From NCBI GenBank assembly GCA_032718475.1, contig JAUCBJ010005472.1, positions 1 through 64,000 of the forward strand: a stretch of 64,000 nt of DNA, written 5' to 3'. The notes under the pieces are model-generated. The model was given only the letters and a program-made list of their open reading frames with translations, was not told where the DNA came from and ran no database searches. The translations under genes were made by a program, and so were the position numbers. Source of the stretch: Nemertoderma westbladi (taxonomy: Eukaryota; Animalia; Xenacoelomorpha). Positions 11,770 to 24,531 of the stretch are shown in pieces. Within the stretch, counting starts at the first letter, position 1; each line of letters starts with the position of its first letter.

Positions 11770-13355
11770 CAAACCCTTCCTGTATTCTGGAGTCAGGTGA
11801 ACGTTTGGAATACAATGAAACAATTGAGACGTGCACAAAAAATTGCACTTGTGAATATGATGGTCAGCTATATTGCAATGATAAGGAGCCGTGCAACAAC
11901 TTTGCTGAATGTAGTGATGCAACTGACTATCAGTGTGTTTGTCAAGAAGGCTTCAGCGGAGATGGCTATCATTGCCAAGCTGGTGGTGGTAGTGGAATTT
12001 CGCTTTCTGGAGGAGAAACCAACCTTATTGACAAGCAACCTAATTGTGAATTTTGGGCCAAGACTGGCGAGTGCACCAAAAACCCAAGATTCATGTGGGA
12101 GGATTGCCCAGTAAGTTGCAACATACATGATCCAAATTCACAACCCGTTGAGGATACATTTACAGAGGAGGAGTGTATTTTTTTCGCTAAAGATAACCAA
12201 TGTGAAGAGAATGAAAAGTTCATGGAGAAAAATTGTCCAAAGGAATGTGAAGATCTTGCAAATGGTTTGCTAGAGCTGGGTAAAGTCAATGAAACAGAAA
12301 TTTGTATTAATAAAGCTGAACTTGGTTATTGTATAACAGATTGGCAGAATATGGAGGATAGATGTCCTGGAATATGTGTTGGTGAATTTGTTGTTGTAGA
12401 AAACATTGACAAACTGCCAGACGAAATTCCTAAAGATCAAGTTCTAGTTGTTGATGTAGTTAATGATGTTGGTGCTGTTTCCTGTCCAAATGGCCTTATG
12501 ATGGCTGATTGTAAATGCGAAGAAGATGATTGTGCTGGATCTAGCGTTGAGGTAAATGAGGAAGGTAAAGTTCAATGCATAGCTGAAGGGGCAGATGGCT
12601 CGGTTGTTAATGCAGAGGCCATTTGCACAAAATTACGAGGGCCATATGAGATATATATACCAAATGACTTTGGCATTAACAAGTCTCCAGAAACAAATTG
12701 TCCACCAAGTTTTGAACTACTATCTTGCAATTCTAAAGCGACATCACATGCTATAGAACGTTCTGGAAAGGGTGAAATTGAAGGTAATGTGTGCAAATTC
12801 AATGAAGACATCTGCTCTGAGCAGTGCGAAGTTTCTGGGATTTGTTTCAAAACAAGCTTTGATTCAACACCAATTGCAGATATGGCTGATGAAGGTTCTG
12901 CCACTAATGAAGATAGAATTAATTTTTTTGTGAATGGTGCCGACAGTTCAATCGATGGCATGATTTTTGAAAGCCCTGAATCATCCCCTGTAGCTACAGG
13001 TCAATGCCCTGCAGGGTCATTTGTTCTTGGATGTGAATGCATTGGTGAGTGTAAGGGTGTTAATCCTATATTGGCATATCGCAAGTGTGAAGCAACCAGT
13101 GTATCTGATGATCAGCTAATTCAAGTGAGGCTTTTCTGCTCCAGTGGTGTTATTACACCTCGCTATGAAGGTCATGGAGCAGACCTTATTGCTGCTGCTG
13201 AATGTCCAACGGAAACATCACTTATTTCATGCGCCTCAATGTATTCAGATGTTGCTGATATTCCAGAGGGACATAATGGTCATGGTACGTCAGTAGGTAA
13301 TAGTTGTGTAACCAATTGCGATGGGTTCTGTTATGCTTACGCAATTTGCATTTAA
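11770..13355 (+). CDS. Secreted Cys-rich protein, last exon: VWC/TILa-like + EGF + 3 ShK-like + 4 PCSK9-C-terminal/resistin-like modules
   Basis: ttgacag acceptor in phase 1 joins the long open frame. EGF: CNNFAEC...CVCQEGFSGDGYHC. ShK: DKQPNCEFWAKTGECTKNPRFMWEDCPVSC. Four C-terminal modules of pattern xCPxxxx(L/M)xxC...C...IC/FC. The three exons total 1707 nt (568 aa). Confidence 0.85.
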
Positions 13356-14236
13356 ATGTAGTGATATATATCTTTGGTATAAATCTTATAAAAATTGGTG
13401 TTTAGCTAAATGTAAAATGGTGAAAATTTATCTGTATTTAAATGTGCGTATTTGTAATGTTTAACTTATATATTGCGGTGATTAGTGAATATTTGCTTAT
13501 TATTTACTTATTCAAACAATTTAATTATTGAATTTATATAATTAATTATTATAATTAATTATTAGATGTTAGATCCATCCAAGCTTTATCAATCTCCTTC
13601 AGAAATTGATCCCTTTTAAAATGCGAGTAATATTAAGAATCTCGAATATTAAGTGTGGAGTGGTGGGGTGAAAGAAACATGAATATTTATGTAAGTAGCA
13701 TAGTGATAATTGGAGCATATTTGTGAATAAATTGTACCAAGTGTAGTAGTTGACGTAGTTATGGTAGATAGAATATGATCTATTAGAGTTTCAGAAAAAA
13801 ATTCGGTAGTTCACTACTAATACACAGTGTATGTTGGATAAAGGCGTAGGAATAAGTATATATGAATTATAAATAATTACATCAAAGTTATGTTTAGTTA
13901 GATGGTTGTGGGTTAGTCAGTAATTCCTGTAAATACGTGCTCACGATTAGAGGTTTAGCGTTTTGCAGTCTATTAATTTACACCCAAGAATTTCCAAGGC
14001 CATTCATTTTTAAGTCAGGAGTGAAAATGCCTCTAAAGAATCGTTAATGCAGTTCCACTGCGGTTAATTGTGGGTCCTGGTTTATGCATATCTCAATGGA
14101 AACAGGATAATATTATTTCGACTAAATAAAAATTTTCTTTGACAAATGTGATAAAGTGATAATGTCCAATTAAGTAACTAATAATAAAAGTAAATAATAA
14201 TAAAAGTTTCAATGTCAGATAATGAAATAATTTTAA

Positions 14237-15496
14237 CCCTATTAGTACCGGGCTATAAAATGTTGTACAAATACCGGGGGCGGGGGGGGGGGGGGGGTCA
14301 TATTGACCCCATCGAAAATCTAGAAATTTTAACGAAAACGTGTGATTTTTTGTTTGTACGTCGGTTTCACTGGCTCCGACCGAGAAAAAAATTTTCGAAA
14401 CAATGTACTGGTGTGGTTATCAAAAGCACCAAAAGTACAAGTAGTGCACAATTTTCACAAAATTTGAAAGTTACATTTTACGGCTAATTGTTTTTCAATA
14501 CATGATTTCTGGGGCGTTAAATCCATTGGAAAATATTTAAAAATGATCTGATTACTATAAATGGCTGCTTTAGTCCTCTCTGCGTACGATAAACATGAAA
14601 AAAAACATGTAACCAGCACTTTTCAGTTTGAACATAAAATTTTTAATTCACTTATACGATGCAATAAATTCACATTTTCAGGTTTTCTAGGGCACTGATT
14701 CAAATGGAATACATTTCTAATATGCCAGATCATTGCTACTCGTATTTTTCGGCGTAATTTGGCAAATTTTTGTGCTAGCACCAAATTTCGTACCCATCAC
14801 CAAAAAGTACAAGTTTGCGATGTCCAGTGCTGTTTTTATTGATTCCATCGGATTCAAGACCCTCATAAACCCGTATAACGCAAGAAACAAGATGATACTA
14901 TCTACTGATCAATTTGCTTATTATCAAAAATTTGGTGCTGGCACCAAAACAAGGTGACACAATCAATTGATATATTTGATGGTTTTCAAAATTTTGCACC
15001 CACTTCCGAAAAATACAAGTTTGAGATGTCTAGTTAGATAAACCATAAATAAATAAACCATAAATTACTATGATTGACCTTGAATTAACAACTTCCTACA
15101 AATAGTAAAAAAACAACCGAAAATTTGGGTTTGCCCCAACGTCCGACACCATGGAATTGACCATATTTCAAAATTTGGTGCTAGCACCAAAATTTGGCAC
15201 CCGCCGAAAAAAACAAGTTTGAAATTTCTAAATTAATTTATATAAATTCCATCCAATTGCTAACACCAAAAAACCGATGTAAATCTAAACTAGAGATGTT
15301 ACAAATCATATTTCATGAAATGTAATTTTCAAAAAACTTCTCAAAAAAAGTGCCAAAAGTAGGGTTAAAAAATGGTGCTATAACTCGAAAACTACCCAAT
15401 ATTTTTGAAAACGGTTTTCACTACTAGAAAGAGAATAGATTTTTAGGAAAAGTCACAATATTTCAGATTCCCAACTGCGTTTGTTTCAGAATTATG
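14237..15496 (+). mobile_element. piggyBac-type non-autonomous element, copy with internal deletions and missing right end
   Basis: Starts TTAA|CCCTATTAGTACCGGG; colinear with 46199-47751 but stops before the right TIR. Confidence 0.85.
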
Positions 15497-15528
15497 GATT
15501 GAATGAAATGGTATGAAATTAGAGAAAT

Positions 15529-16698
15529 TGTAAAAGCTTTTGGGGATATAACTGGCCTTTTCCATTTGTAATCCAGTTTTCCCCCATTCGCTCAAATCCT
15601 CTAAACTGTTGCTTCTAGTGGCACAATCCGCCCGCTGGTTGGCTGATTTGCTGTACGCATGGCCTCTTTGTCCTGTTCGATTAACCAATCAGAACAATGA
15701 TCGACCAATCAGAGCGATTTAGCCTTGTGTTGGCTATGGGCTGCAAAGGCTAGGGAGGTTTGGCATTTAGACATTCATGGAACGTATAGAAACTGGAACT
15801 CTGCCAATGAGAGCTTTTCCTCTTTGTGTTGAAAGCTACCTGCAACAGCTCACAGGGTTCAGTGTGTTGGTTTTCCTGATGCCATGAACATCGGCTATGG
15901 AATTATTCTGTTTTATTCCAACATTAGAACGGCTTTAATTATAAGAACACATAACTGTTACCGGTACAGCGGTACGAGACACTAAGAACACATAACGGTA
16001 CGGTACGTATTGCACATTATTTACTGCTATTTGCTGTTTGTTATTAAATGTATCATTCGTTTGCATATTGTTATTTGGAGAATAACTATAAACGATCAGA
16101 AACCCCGATCTTCTTGATACACTAAGGTTAGAGAGACCGGCTACATATAGCAATTGCGACTTATATTATCGTGGTTTGTAGTGAATTGAATGCTATTTTA
16201 TAGGCCCTACAAATGTCGGTTGCTATTCTCTTTATATATGATTAAAATCAGTGACTATCGGCAATTCAGTGTGCAGCGGTGTGCAATAGTCTGTATGTGC
16301 TTGTCCGCGTAACAAAGCATCTCCTAAAGAATGCGCCTTATGTGTAACTTATAATCCATTCCGTTGTGTTTAGTGTAAGTCATAGCTCTGTTTATATAGA
16401 TAGAGCGCCACGTCCTAAAGGAACTGCTAATATTTCCCGAAAGTGAATAATATTTGTCAGAGATTATATATTAACGATCAATCGAATAGTACGGTAGGCC
16501 TGCACCGCAATCAAATTAAAGCATCCGAATCCAGTCTCCCGGGTATATCCAGCGGGTGAATGGTCGCGCATAGACTGGCTTCGGCTAATGTTGGATTTAT
16601 TTGTCTCAAATACTTGTCATAGGCTAAAGTCAATTTATAACCTAGAAGACATATAGATTTGGCGGGTTAAACTGCCAAAGGTCTTAAAAGCGCGAACA
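15529..16698 (+). mobile_element. Solo LTR (diverged relative of the BEL/Pao LTR)
   Basis: TGTAAAAGC...GCGCGAACA termini; 5-bp TSD GAAAT at 15524-15528 and 16699-16703; clear homology to the reverse complement of 41039-42227. Confidence 0.88.
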
Positions 16699-17376
16699 GA
16701 AATAGAAAGCTTTCACCATAAATGTAACCAACACAGTAGTGGGGTGGGCTAATTGAGTAATATGGCAATAGAATATGTGATATAATATTATTAGTAATAT
16801 TACCGGGCACTGAGATATTAAGTGGTTGAAAGAAGAAGTCCACAGTATGCCACTAGAGGGGGGATGCCATCGCCTATCCTAATTTAACATGAATAGTTGA
16901 ACTAAATAGAAACCGGTAAATGATTATCGGTCGAAATATTGGCAATAATAAAGATTTCGGTTACTGAATTAGATCATTCAATACATTCAATACATTCAAT
17001 ACATTCAATAATATTCACATATTCATCTATATATAATATACATTATTCATAGTAAAAATCGGAAAAACTAATGGAGGTTAAATAATAAAGGTTAGGGCTA
17101 AGGCTATAATCCCTATATTCATAATCATAAGTTTCGAAATGATTGTACATATACATTATAAGTGATAGAAACTGCACAAATTATATTAGTTGCTGTATAA
17201 ATAAATGTAAAATTACATAAATTATGTTGTAAATAAGTTAGCTTATATTTATGGTGGCGTTTGGAGCCATGTTATAATAATATAGCTAGGCCCTACTGGT
17301 TATTAATAGCTATACCCCGCCTACCGGTAGGTAATGCAGTAAGTAGGCCTATCTGGCTGTCAGGCCAATTTCCACC

Positions 17377-17467
17377 TATTGTTTACGTGGTATCCAATGA
17401 TGGCGTTAAGTAATGTCCCCTTAGTGGACATTAGTTAACGCCGTCAATGGTTACCACGTAAACAATA
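17377..17467. repeat. ~90-bp imperfect hairpin heading a dispersed repeat also present at ~21792-21990
   Basis: Arms tattgtttacgtggta...taatgtcc and ggacatta...taccacgtaaacaata with 4 mismatches; downstream 17470-17592 matches 21868-21990. Confidence 0.75.
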
Positions 17468-17734
17468 ATACCAAATACAATACTAAATGTACAGGCCAAT
17501 ACAATGCTGTAATGTCCTCTAAAGTTGTAAAGTGCTAAATAACAACTAGCTGTTAATACTAACGGGTTGAGTAAGTTACAATTTTGGAATAAATAGTTAT
17601 TACACATCAATTGTATTCAGTGAAGCCAAGGCGAGTGTACCTCCTCCACTCAACCATAGCAGTTTCTTTTTTTGCTGTAGTTTCCGAATATGGTCAGGAT
17701 GCGTCTTTATATTGTTAGTAAGTAAAGCTTATAA

Positions 17735-17900
17735 AAGGAACAAACTGTTATATTCCGAACTTTAATGCATATGCAAAACTATTCCAATAATCATCTACAG
17801 TATTACAATTTGCAAATTTATCTTCCCAGTCAAATAATTGCGTGTAAGTTAAAAATTGCTTATAATTTCCATTTTTTAAATCATAAAAACCTAAATTGGA
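17735..17900 (-). pseudogene. CR1/L2-like LINE fragment (post-endonuclease region)
   Basis: YDLKNGNY...FDWEDKF...VDDYWNSF pattern; the fragment is short. Confidence 0.5.
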
Positions 17901-18869
17901 AGCACTATCTTCTTGGTTATTACTGCAGAAATTAAAAGATACCATATTGTGGTCACTGCTAGAAACATTACTACCGGGTGTTCCATAATGATTGCCCCCC
18001 CCCCCCCCCCCCCTGGCCAGCCAAAACTGTCAGACATGCACCTTAGTTTTATATACCAATCGAAAGATAATTTAATTCTGAGCATGCAAAAATTCAAAAA
18101 TTTAGGGTCCAATACAAAAGTATAAAAATTTTATAGGCAATTCTTTAAACCTATCTTACTTTTCAATATTTGTAAGCGGATTCAATTCCATGCACTACCC
18201 ACCGAAAATGGGATTACTGGCATTTTACCAATATAGTTGGCGATGTGATATTACCAATAATAATCTCACCTCATAACCAACTGGGGCGATACACGCCGTA
18301 AGCCACAGAGAGAGGTGAGAGGTAAAACCACAGAGGGACAAACAAGCTAGTAAGGACAAAGCCAACAGGGAGTGGCGAGGTGAGAATTAATCAGGTTAAG
18401 CCAATAATGGGTGGGAAAGCACATTGGGGGTGAATAGAGCGCATCTATTGGATATTAAGGCCACCTTGTAGTGTAGGACTAATGTAATATTATGTGTCAA
18501 TGATATAACCGTTATGATTACTGATTACTGATTTAGTTGGTTCTCCTTATAGTTGTGGAACTGGAATAGTTTTGACCGTCGTCGTCACTAACCGCTGTAT
18601 TGCATGCTATTATATTCAGACTGTGCTATTATCGATTACTGCCATTACTGAATTATTAACATTTAGTTATTCAGTAACTCAGTTATTTTGAACAGCCTTC
18701 GGCCCATAGATCCAAGTCGACAGCTCACGGACGCTGCAACGCGTACAACTCACATACCGGCCGGGAGCTGATACTGCCAACTCCGTCAGCCCTGTCACAA
18801 TATTTGTGATTTAATCACAATTTAAAAAATATAATTTATCCAGCGTTAGTCATCAGATTTACAGCCATG

Positions 18870-19110
18870 TTTCCCATCATTTGGCACTTAGAAGGATAAT
18901 TGAAGAGTTATCAAAAAAGAAAGACAGGCATCTGGCTGTTATCTTTGTTGACTTCTTCAAGGCCTTTGATTCAGTCTCTCGCTCACTTATGTTCAGCATA
19001 CTTTTATTATATGGGATTCCTGATGAAATTATTGCAGCAATCAGATCAGTATACGATGGTTCGACAACATTTGTGTCTACTGTTGACGGTGACACAGAAC
19101 CATTTGACTC
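18870..19110 (+). pseudogene. RTE-like reverse transcriptase fragment
   Basis: ALRRIIEE...FVDFFKAFDSVSR...YGIPDEIIAAIRSVY...DGDTEPF. Confidence 0.8.
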
Positions 19111-20020
19111 GAGCGATGTTGTGAATCCAGATGATCCATCAACACCAACCACAATAACAGTAACTGAATCAGGAACAAAGGAACCTTATAAATCTTCTGT
19201 TTCCTCCGATCCCAATATATTCATACAGCAGTATGATATTGGAAATGCAGTGGGTGCCAAACTGTCAGATTCGGAAAAGTGAAAATTTCTGGAACATAAA
19301 TTTGTCTCTCCTTCCGGATTTATTTGGCCTACTGCTGAGCGCATTATTAATGGTAAAACGGTAAAGTACCAGGTGAAACCCGACCACCTGAAACAAGGAA
19401 TAGAATACTCGGTTAAAGACTCAGGGTTGTATTGTTAATATTGCGTACTTTTCAGCACAAGTGATGTTGGCCATGGAGCCCACCAAATGACAAATATTTT
19501 TGTTCAGAAACCATTCACAAGAATTGCATGTATGGATGTTGTTAATGAACATAAGAAACTCCAGTATCACGCTAACGCTGCAGCCAATGCTGAGGAGTTT
19601 ACACATATCATGGCAAATCCTGAGCAAGAAATAACAAGCTTTAGATAATGCAGCTAGGTTGGAGATTGAGTCGAATAAATCTATTCTAAGGGGCATCATC
19701 GAATCGATATTATTTCTGGGTAAGTCTGTGTTTACATTTAAAACGAATGTGTTACAGTACTTTATAAAAGTTCACTAAAGATAAAATAAATTCACAAAAT
19801 AAATATAATATTTCAGGTATAATATTGGTTTTTATATATTAAATTTTCTTATATATATTTGTTATAGGGAGAAACGGTTAAGCAACGCGTGGTCACAGAG
19901 ATAGTGGTCGCATTAATATTGGTGATGATTCTCACTCCGGTGATATAGATTCTACCGAAGGAAACTTTCATTCATTGTTACAATTCAGAGCTCTGAGTGG
20001 AGACAAAATCTTGGAGTAGT
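19110..20020 (+). pseudogene. hAT transposase pseudogene (THAP12/Tip100-like), N-terminal part with intron
   Basis: GLYC*YCVLF...H...H finger, then ILRGIIESILFL|G...RGHRDSG...GNFHSLLQFR; GT-AG intron at ~19720-19868. Confidence 0.75.
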
Positions 20021-20187
20021 TTAGTTAGGTGGTACATTCCTGCCGCTGCCATCTACAAAAGTTTTGTAGTATAATTTTGATTTTGTGTTAGCTAGTAAAA
20101 AAATTAAAAATATAATTTAATCATCAATTAAAATATTTGTTTGGAATAATATAGTATAGTCAAAGTAGCTAGTAATTATTTACTTAA

Positions 20188-21753
20188 CCCTATTAAACCC
20201 GGGGGGGGGGGTCAATATGACCCCCCCCCCCCCCCGTGGTTTCTTTATTATAATTCTGAAACAAACGCAGTTGGGAATCTGAAATTTTTGACTTTTCCTA
20301 AAAATCTATAGTCTTCCTAGTAGTGAAAACCGTTTTCAAAAATATTGGGTATTTTTCGAGTTATGGCACCATTTTTTAACCCTACTTTTGGCACTTTTCT
20401 TAAGACGTTTTTTGAAAATTACATTTCATTAAATATGAATTGTAACATCTCTATTTTTGATTTACACCGGTTTTTTGGTGTTAGAAATTTGATGGAATTC
20501 ATATCAATTGATTTAGAAATTTCAAACTTGTATTTTTCGGCGGGTACCAAATTTTGGTGCCAGCACCAAATTTTGAAATAAGTCAATTTTGTAAATTGAA
20601 CGTTTGAAACTTGTTTTTTACGCAATTGGGGTTTTTTGGATTTCTGGATTCGATGAAATATATACGAGTTGCACCAAGCGTATCAAACTTGTATTTTTCG
20701 GTGCTGTGTGCAAATTTTGGTGCTAGCACGAAATTTTGAAAATCCATTCAATAGATAAAATTGCTTGTGACAATTTATTTCTTGCGTTTTAGAGGTTTAT
20801 GGCTGTCCTGAATTCAATGGAAAATATAATTATCGAACTAGACATCTCAAACTTGTATTTTTCGGATGTGGGTGCAAAATGTCGTGCTAGCACCAAATTT
20901 TGAAAAACATCAAATATATCAATTGATTGTGTCACCTTGTTTCTTGCGTTATACGGGTTTGTGATGGTTCTGAATTCAATGGAATCAGTAAAAATTTCAT
21001 AAGAGTTCTCAAACTTGTATTTTTCGCCGGTGGGTGAAAATTGTTGTGCCAGCACCAAATTTTGGAAAATATGCAAATTGATAAGTAGATACTATCACCT
21101 TGTTTCTTTCGTTATACGGGTTTATGAGGGTCCTGAATCCGATGGAATCAATAAAAACAGCACTGGACATCGCAAACTTGTACTTTTTGGTGATGGGTAC
21201 GAAATTTGGTGCTAGCACCAAAATTTGCCAAATTACGCCGAAAAATACAAGTAGCAATGATCTGGCATATTAGAATTGTATTCCATTAGAATCAGCGCCC
21301 TCGAAAACCTGAAAATGTGAATTTATAGCATCGTATAAGTGAATTAAAAATTTTGTGTTCTAACTGTAAAGTGCTGGTTACTTGTTTTTTTCATTTTTTT
21401 CCTACGCAGAGAGGACTAAACAGCCATTTATAGTAATGATAAAATTTTTAAATATTTTCCAATGTTATTTGCACCCCAGAAAACCTGTATTGAAAAATAA
21501 TTAGCCGAAAATGTAACTTTCAAATTTGGTGAAAATTGTGCACGACTTGTAATTTTGGTGCTGCAATATAACCACCCCAGTACATTTTTTCGAAAATTTT
21601 TTTTTCGGTCGGATCCAGACAAGTGATACCTACGTACAAACAAAAAATCAGACGTTTTCGTAAATATTTGTAGATTTTAGAGGGGGGGGTCAATATGACC
21701 CCCCCCCCCCCCCCGGTATTTGTACAACATTTTATAGCCCGGTACTAATAGGG
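20188..21753 (-). mobile_element. piggyBac-type non-autonomous element, complete
   Basis: TTAA TSD on both sides, CCCTATTA...TAATAGGG termini, sub-terminal GGGGTCAATATGACCCC palindromes, no transposase. Confidence 0.92.
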
Positions 21754-22009
21754 TTAAGGGACGAAAAGTCTGGGATGGTGGACATACCAACTATTGTTTA
21801 TAGTGGTAACCACGACGGCGTGGCTGTAAAGTCGCTCTGTTGGGACATTACTACATAATAATACACCAATACAATACTAAATGTACAAGCCAATACAATA
21901 CTGTCATGACTTCTAAAGTTGTAAAGTAGTAAATAACAACTCGCTGTTAATACTAATGGCGATGAGTAATGTTATAATTTTGGAATAAAATATAAGTATA
22001 TCATTCTAG

Positions 22010-22737
22010 GTTGACGATGTTGTAAAGCAACTACAGCTATTTAGAGAAACAGCGGAGTTACCGGGTCCTCTCCCAATTGGATTTGGTGCTATTATCCGTG
22101 AGGCCAGTGAGTTGCTCAGTGAGCCATTGTCAATTCCGCGGCTATATGGTTGACAGCGCAATCGATCCAATCCTGTTGCGCCGAGGGAGATTGCAACTCC
22201 AGAACTCTATTTTCGGAGAACTGTTTACATTCCCTTTATTGAAAGCATCATAATGGAGCTAAAGGAACGATTTTCAGATCACAGAAGTATACTTCTAGGA
22301 CTGTCAGCCCTTCTTCCTTCTCAGATTGATAATTCAACAACATCGGACATTGACAATATTGTCGATCTGTATCTACCAATAATAACCGGCAACAACATAA
22401 CCAAGGAAGACTGCCGGGAATGCTACAGGAAGTTGGTCAGAAACTCCACACAAAAAGCGACCACGTACAGTCCTTGCAGCACTGGCTTCCTGCTCGAAGA
22501 ATTTCAACCCAATAGTTAATGAACTATTGCGTATCTTTGCCACTTTGCCCGTTTCAACGGCTTCAGCTGAGCATAGCTTTTCTGCCCTGAAACTGATAAA
22601 GAACTACCTCCGTTACTCTTGGTGCAAAGTCGCTACAAGGCTTTGCCTTGATGTACATTCACCGTACACGTCCTGTGGACATCAATAGGGTTATAGAACT
22701 ATTTAGTAAACAGAATCGGAGATTAAAATGTATTTAA
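22010..22737 (+). pseudogene. hAT transposase pseudogene, C-terminal part with dimerisation domain
   Basis: YFRRTVYIPFIESIIMELKERFS and LLRIFATLPVSTASAEHSFSALKLIKNYLR...LMYIHR; frameshifted. Confidence 0.82.
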
Positions 22738-23289
22738 AATTATTATACCTACCTATATTTAGGTCAAATATTAAGGTTATATTGAGAGGTAATTTATATC
22801 CACTGTATGTGATTTATATGTAATTTATATCTACTGGATGTGATTTTTATGTAATTTATATCTACTGTATGTAATTTGTATCTACTGTATGTGATTTGTA
22901 TCTACTGTATGATATTTATATGTAATTTATGGTCAGATAGGTGGGGAACTGGTCGCAATAAAAATGCATCGCTCTCCAGGGGAAATTGGACGCAAATTAC
23001 AGATTATTACTCTCGAAAATAAACGGTAAGCTGTTTTATTGTGTTCAGTTTATTGTTTTGGTTAAAACATCGTGCCACAGTACCCTACTCCTTTAATTAA
23101 CACTTGAACAATTAACATTCAACGTGATTAACATTAGGCGGGATATTAATTCGCCAAGGTGGGTTTTGCGCCCCCCCCCCCCCCACCCCTGTCTCCCACT
23201 CGTAATCAATTTTGAATTTGAGTTTTACCCCCCCCCCCCCCCCCCCCCCCCCCCCCATCAGAAAAACCTTGGTACGCCCCTGGCCAGTG

Positions 23290-24500
23290 GAGCGCTGTGA
23301 CCAGATTCCAGTTCCACCAGATACTATTGAGGAAACTGACGATTCAACAACTGGAACTGACGATGATGATACGTATGAACCAGGACCCCAAGAGTTGGAA
23401 GTTCCCAATTTAGTAACGCAGGGTGATCTTAATGATTTAGTTAGAGATCTGGCTTTAACAAAGGCTGAAAGTGAACTGCTGGGATCTCGCCTTCAGGAAT
23501 GGAATTTTCTCCAGAGAGGAACTAAAGTGACAGTTTATAGGAAGCGCACAGCAGACTTGACCCAATTCTTCTCAAAAGAGGAAGATATCTGTTTTAGCAA
23601 CGATGTTCCCAGTTTGTTCAGCCAACTTGGTACGGACCATGATCCCACTGATTGGAGGCTCTTTATAGATGGGTTCTACTAAGAGTATTAAAGCCGTCCT
23701 TCTACATAATGGCAATGTGTATCCCATCAGTACCGGTAGCTCACTCCACAGCTAGAAAAGAGTCATATGAAACACTGAAGGTTATTCTTAGTACTCGGAA
23801 CATCAGTGGTCTATCTGTGCTGATTTGAAAGTTATAGCTATACTCCGGGGACTCCAAACGGGTTTTACAAAGTACATGTGCTTCATTTGTTTATGGAACA
23901 GTCGAGCACGAGCAACCCACTATAATAGATGTGGATGGCCAGACCGAACATCCGACATCATGGGTTGTAGCAATGTAATTGCAGAACCGCTAGTTCCAAA
24001 ATCAAAAATACTGCTACCTCCACTACACATTAAACTCGGGCTAATTAAACAATTTGTTGAAGCTCTAGATAAAGACGGTGCTACATTTCAGTACCTTGTT
24101 ACCAAGTTACCTAAACTCAGTCAGGCTAAAATTAAGGAGGGACCTCAAATGGGACCTCAAATTTGAGAAGTTATTAAAGATCCGAACTTCAATGAAGTAC
24201 TCATGTCTACAAATGAGTTTAGAGCCTTGGATTCTTTTCAACGAATTTGCAGTGGATTTCTAGGAAACAATAAGGTTGAGAATTATATTGATCTTGTGGT
24301 TGAATTGGTTGATAGCTATAAGATTCTCGGTTGCAACATGTCTTTGAAGTTACACTTCCTCCACTCACACTTAGATTTCTTTCCTCCCAACATGGGTGCT
24401 GTAAGTGATGAGCATGGGGAAAGATTCCACCAAGATATTGCAGTTATGGAGAAGCGATATCAGGAAAGATGGAGCCCTGCCATGCTGGCCGATTTCTATA
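23290..24500 (+). pseudogene. Chapaev3-like (CMC superfamily) transposase pseudogene
   Basis: LNDLVRDL, WRLFID, ADLKV...CFICLWNSR, LLPPLHIKLGL and SDEHGERFHQDI..MEKRYQ motifs across several frameshifts; the 3' end runs into the satellite. Confidence 0.8.
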
Positions 24501-24531
24501 CATTATCCATACATATTACATACATACGATT

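Noticed and set aside
18244-18799. Possible solo LTR (TGTGA...TCACA)
   Set aside because: No matching TSD and no second copy in the window.
18881-19282. RT-hAT fusion ORF
   Set aside because: A short in-frame junction of two decayed elements, most simply explained by a deletion; no start context or intact domains.
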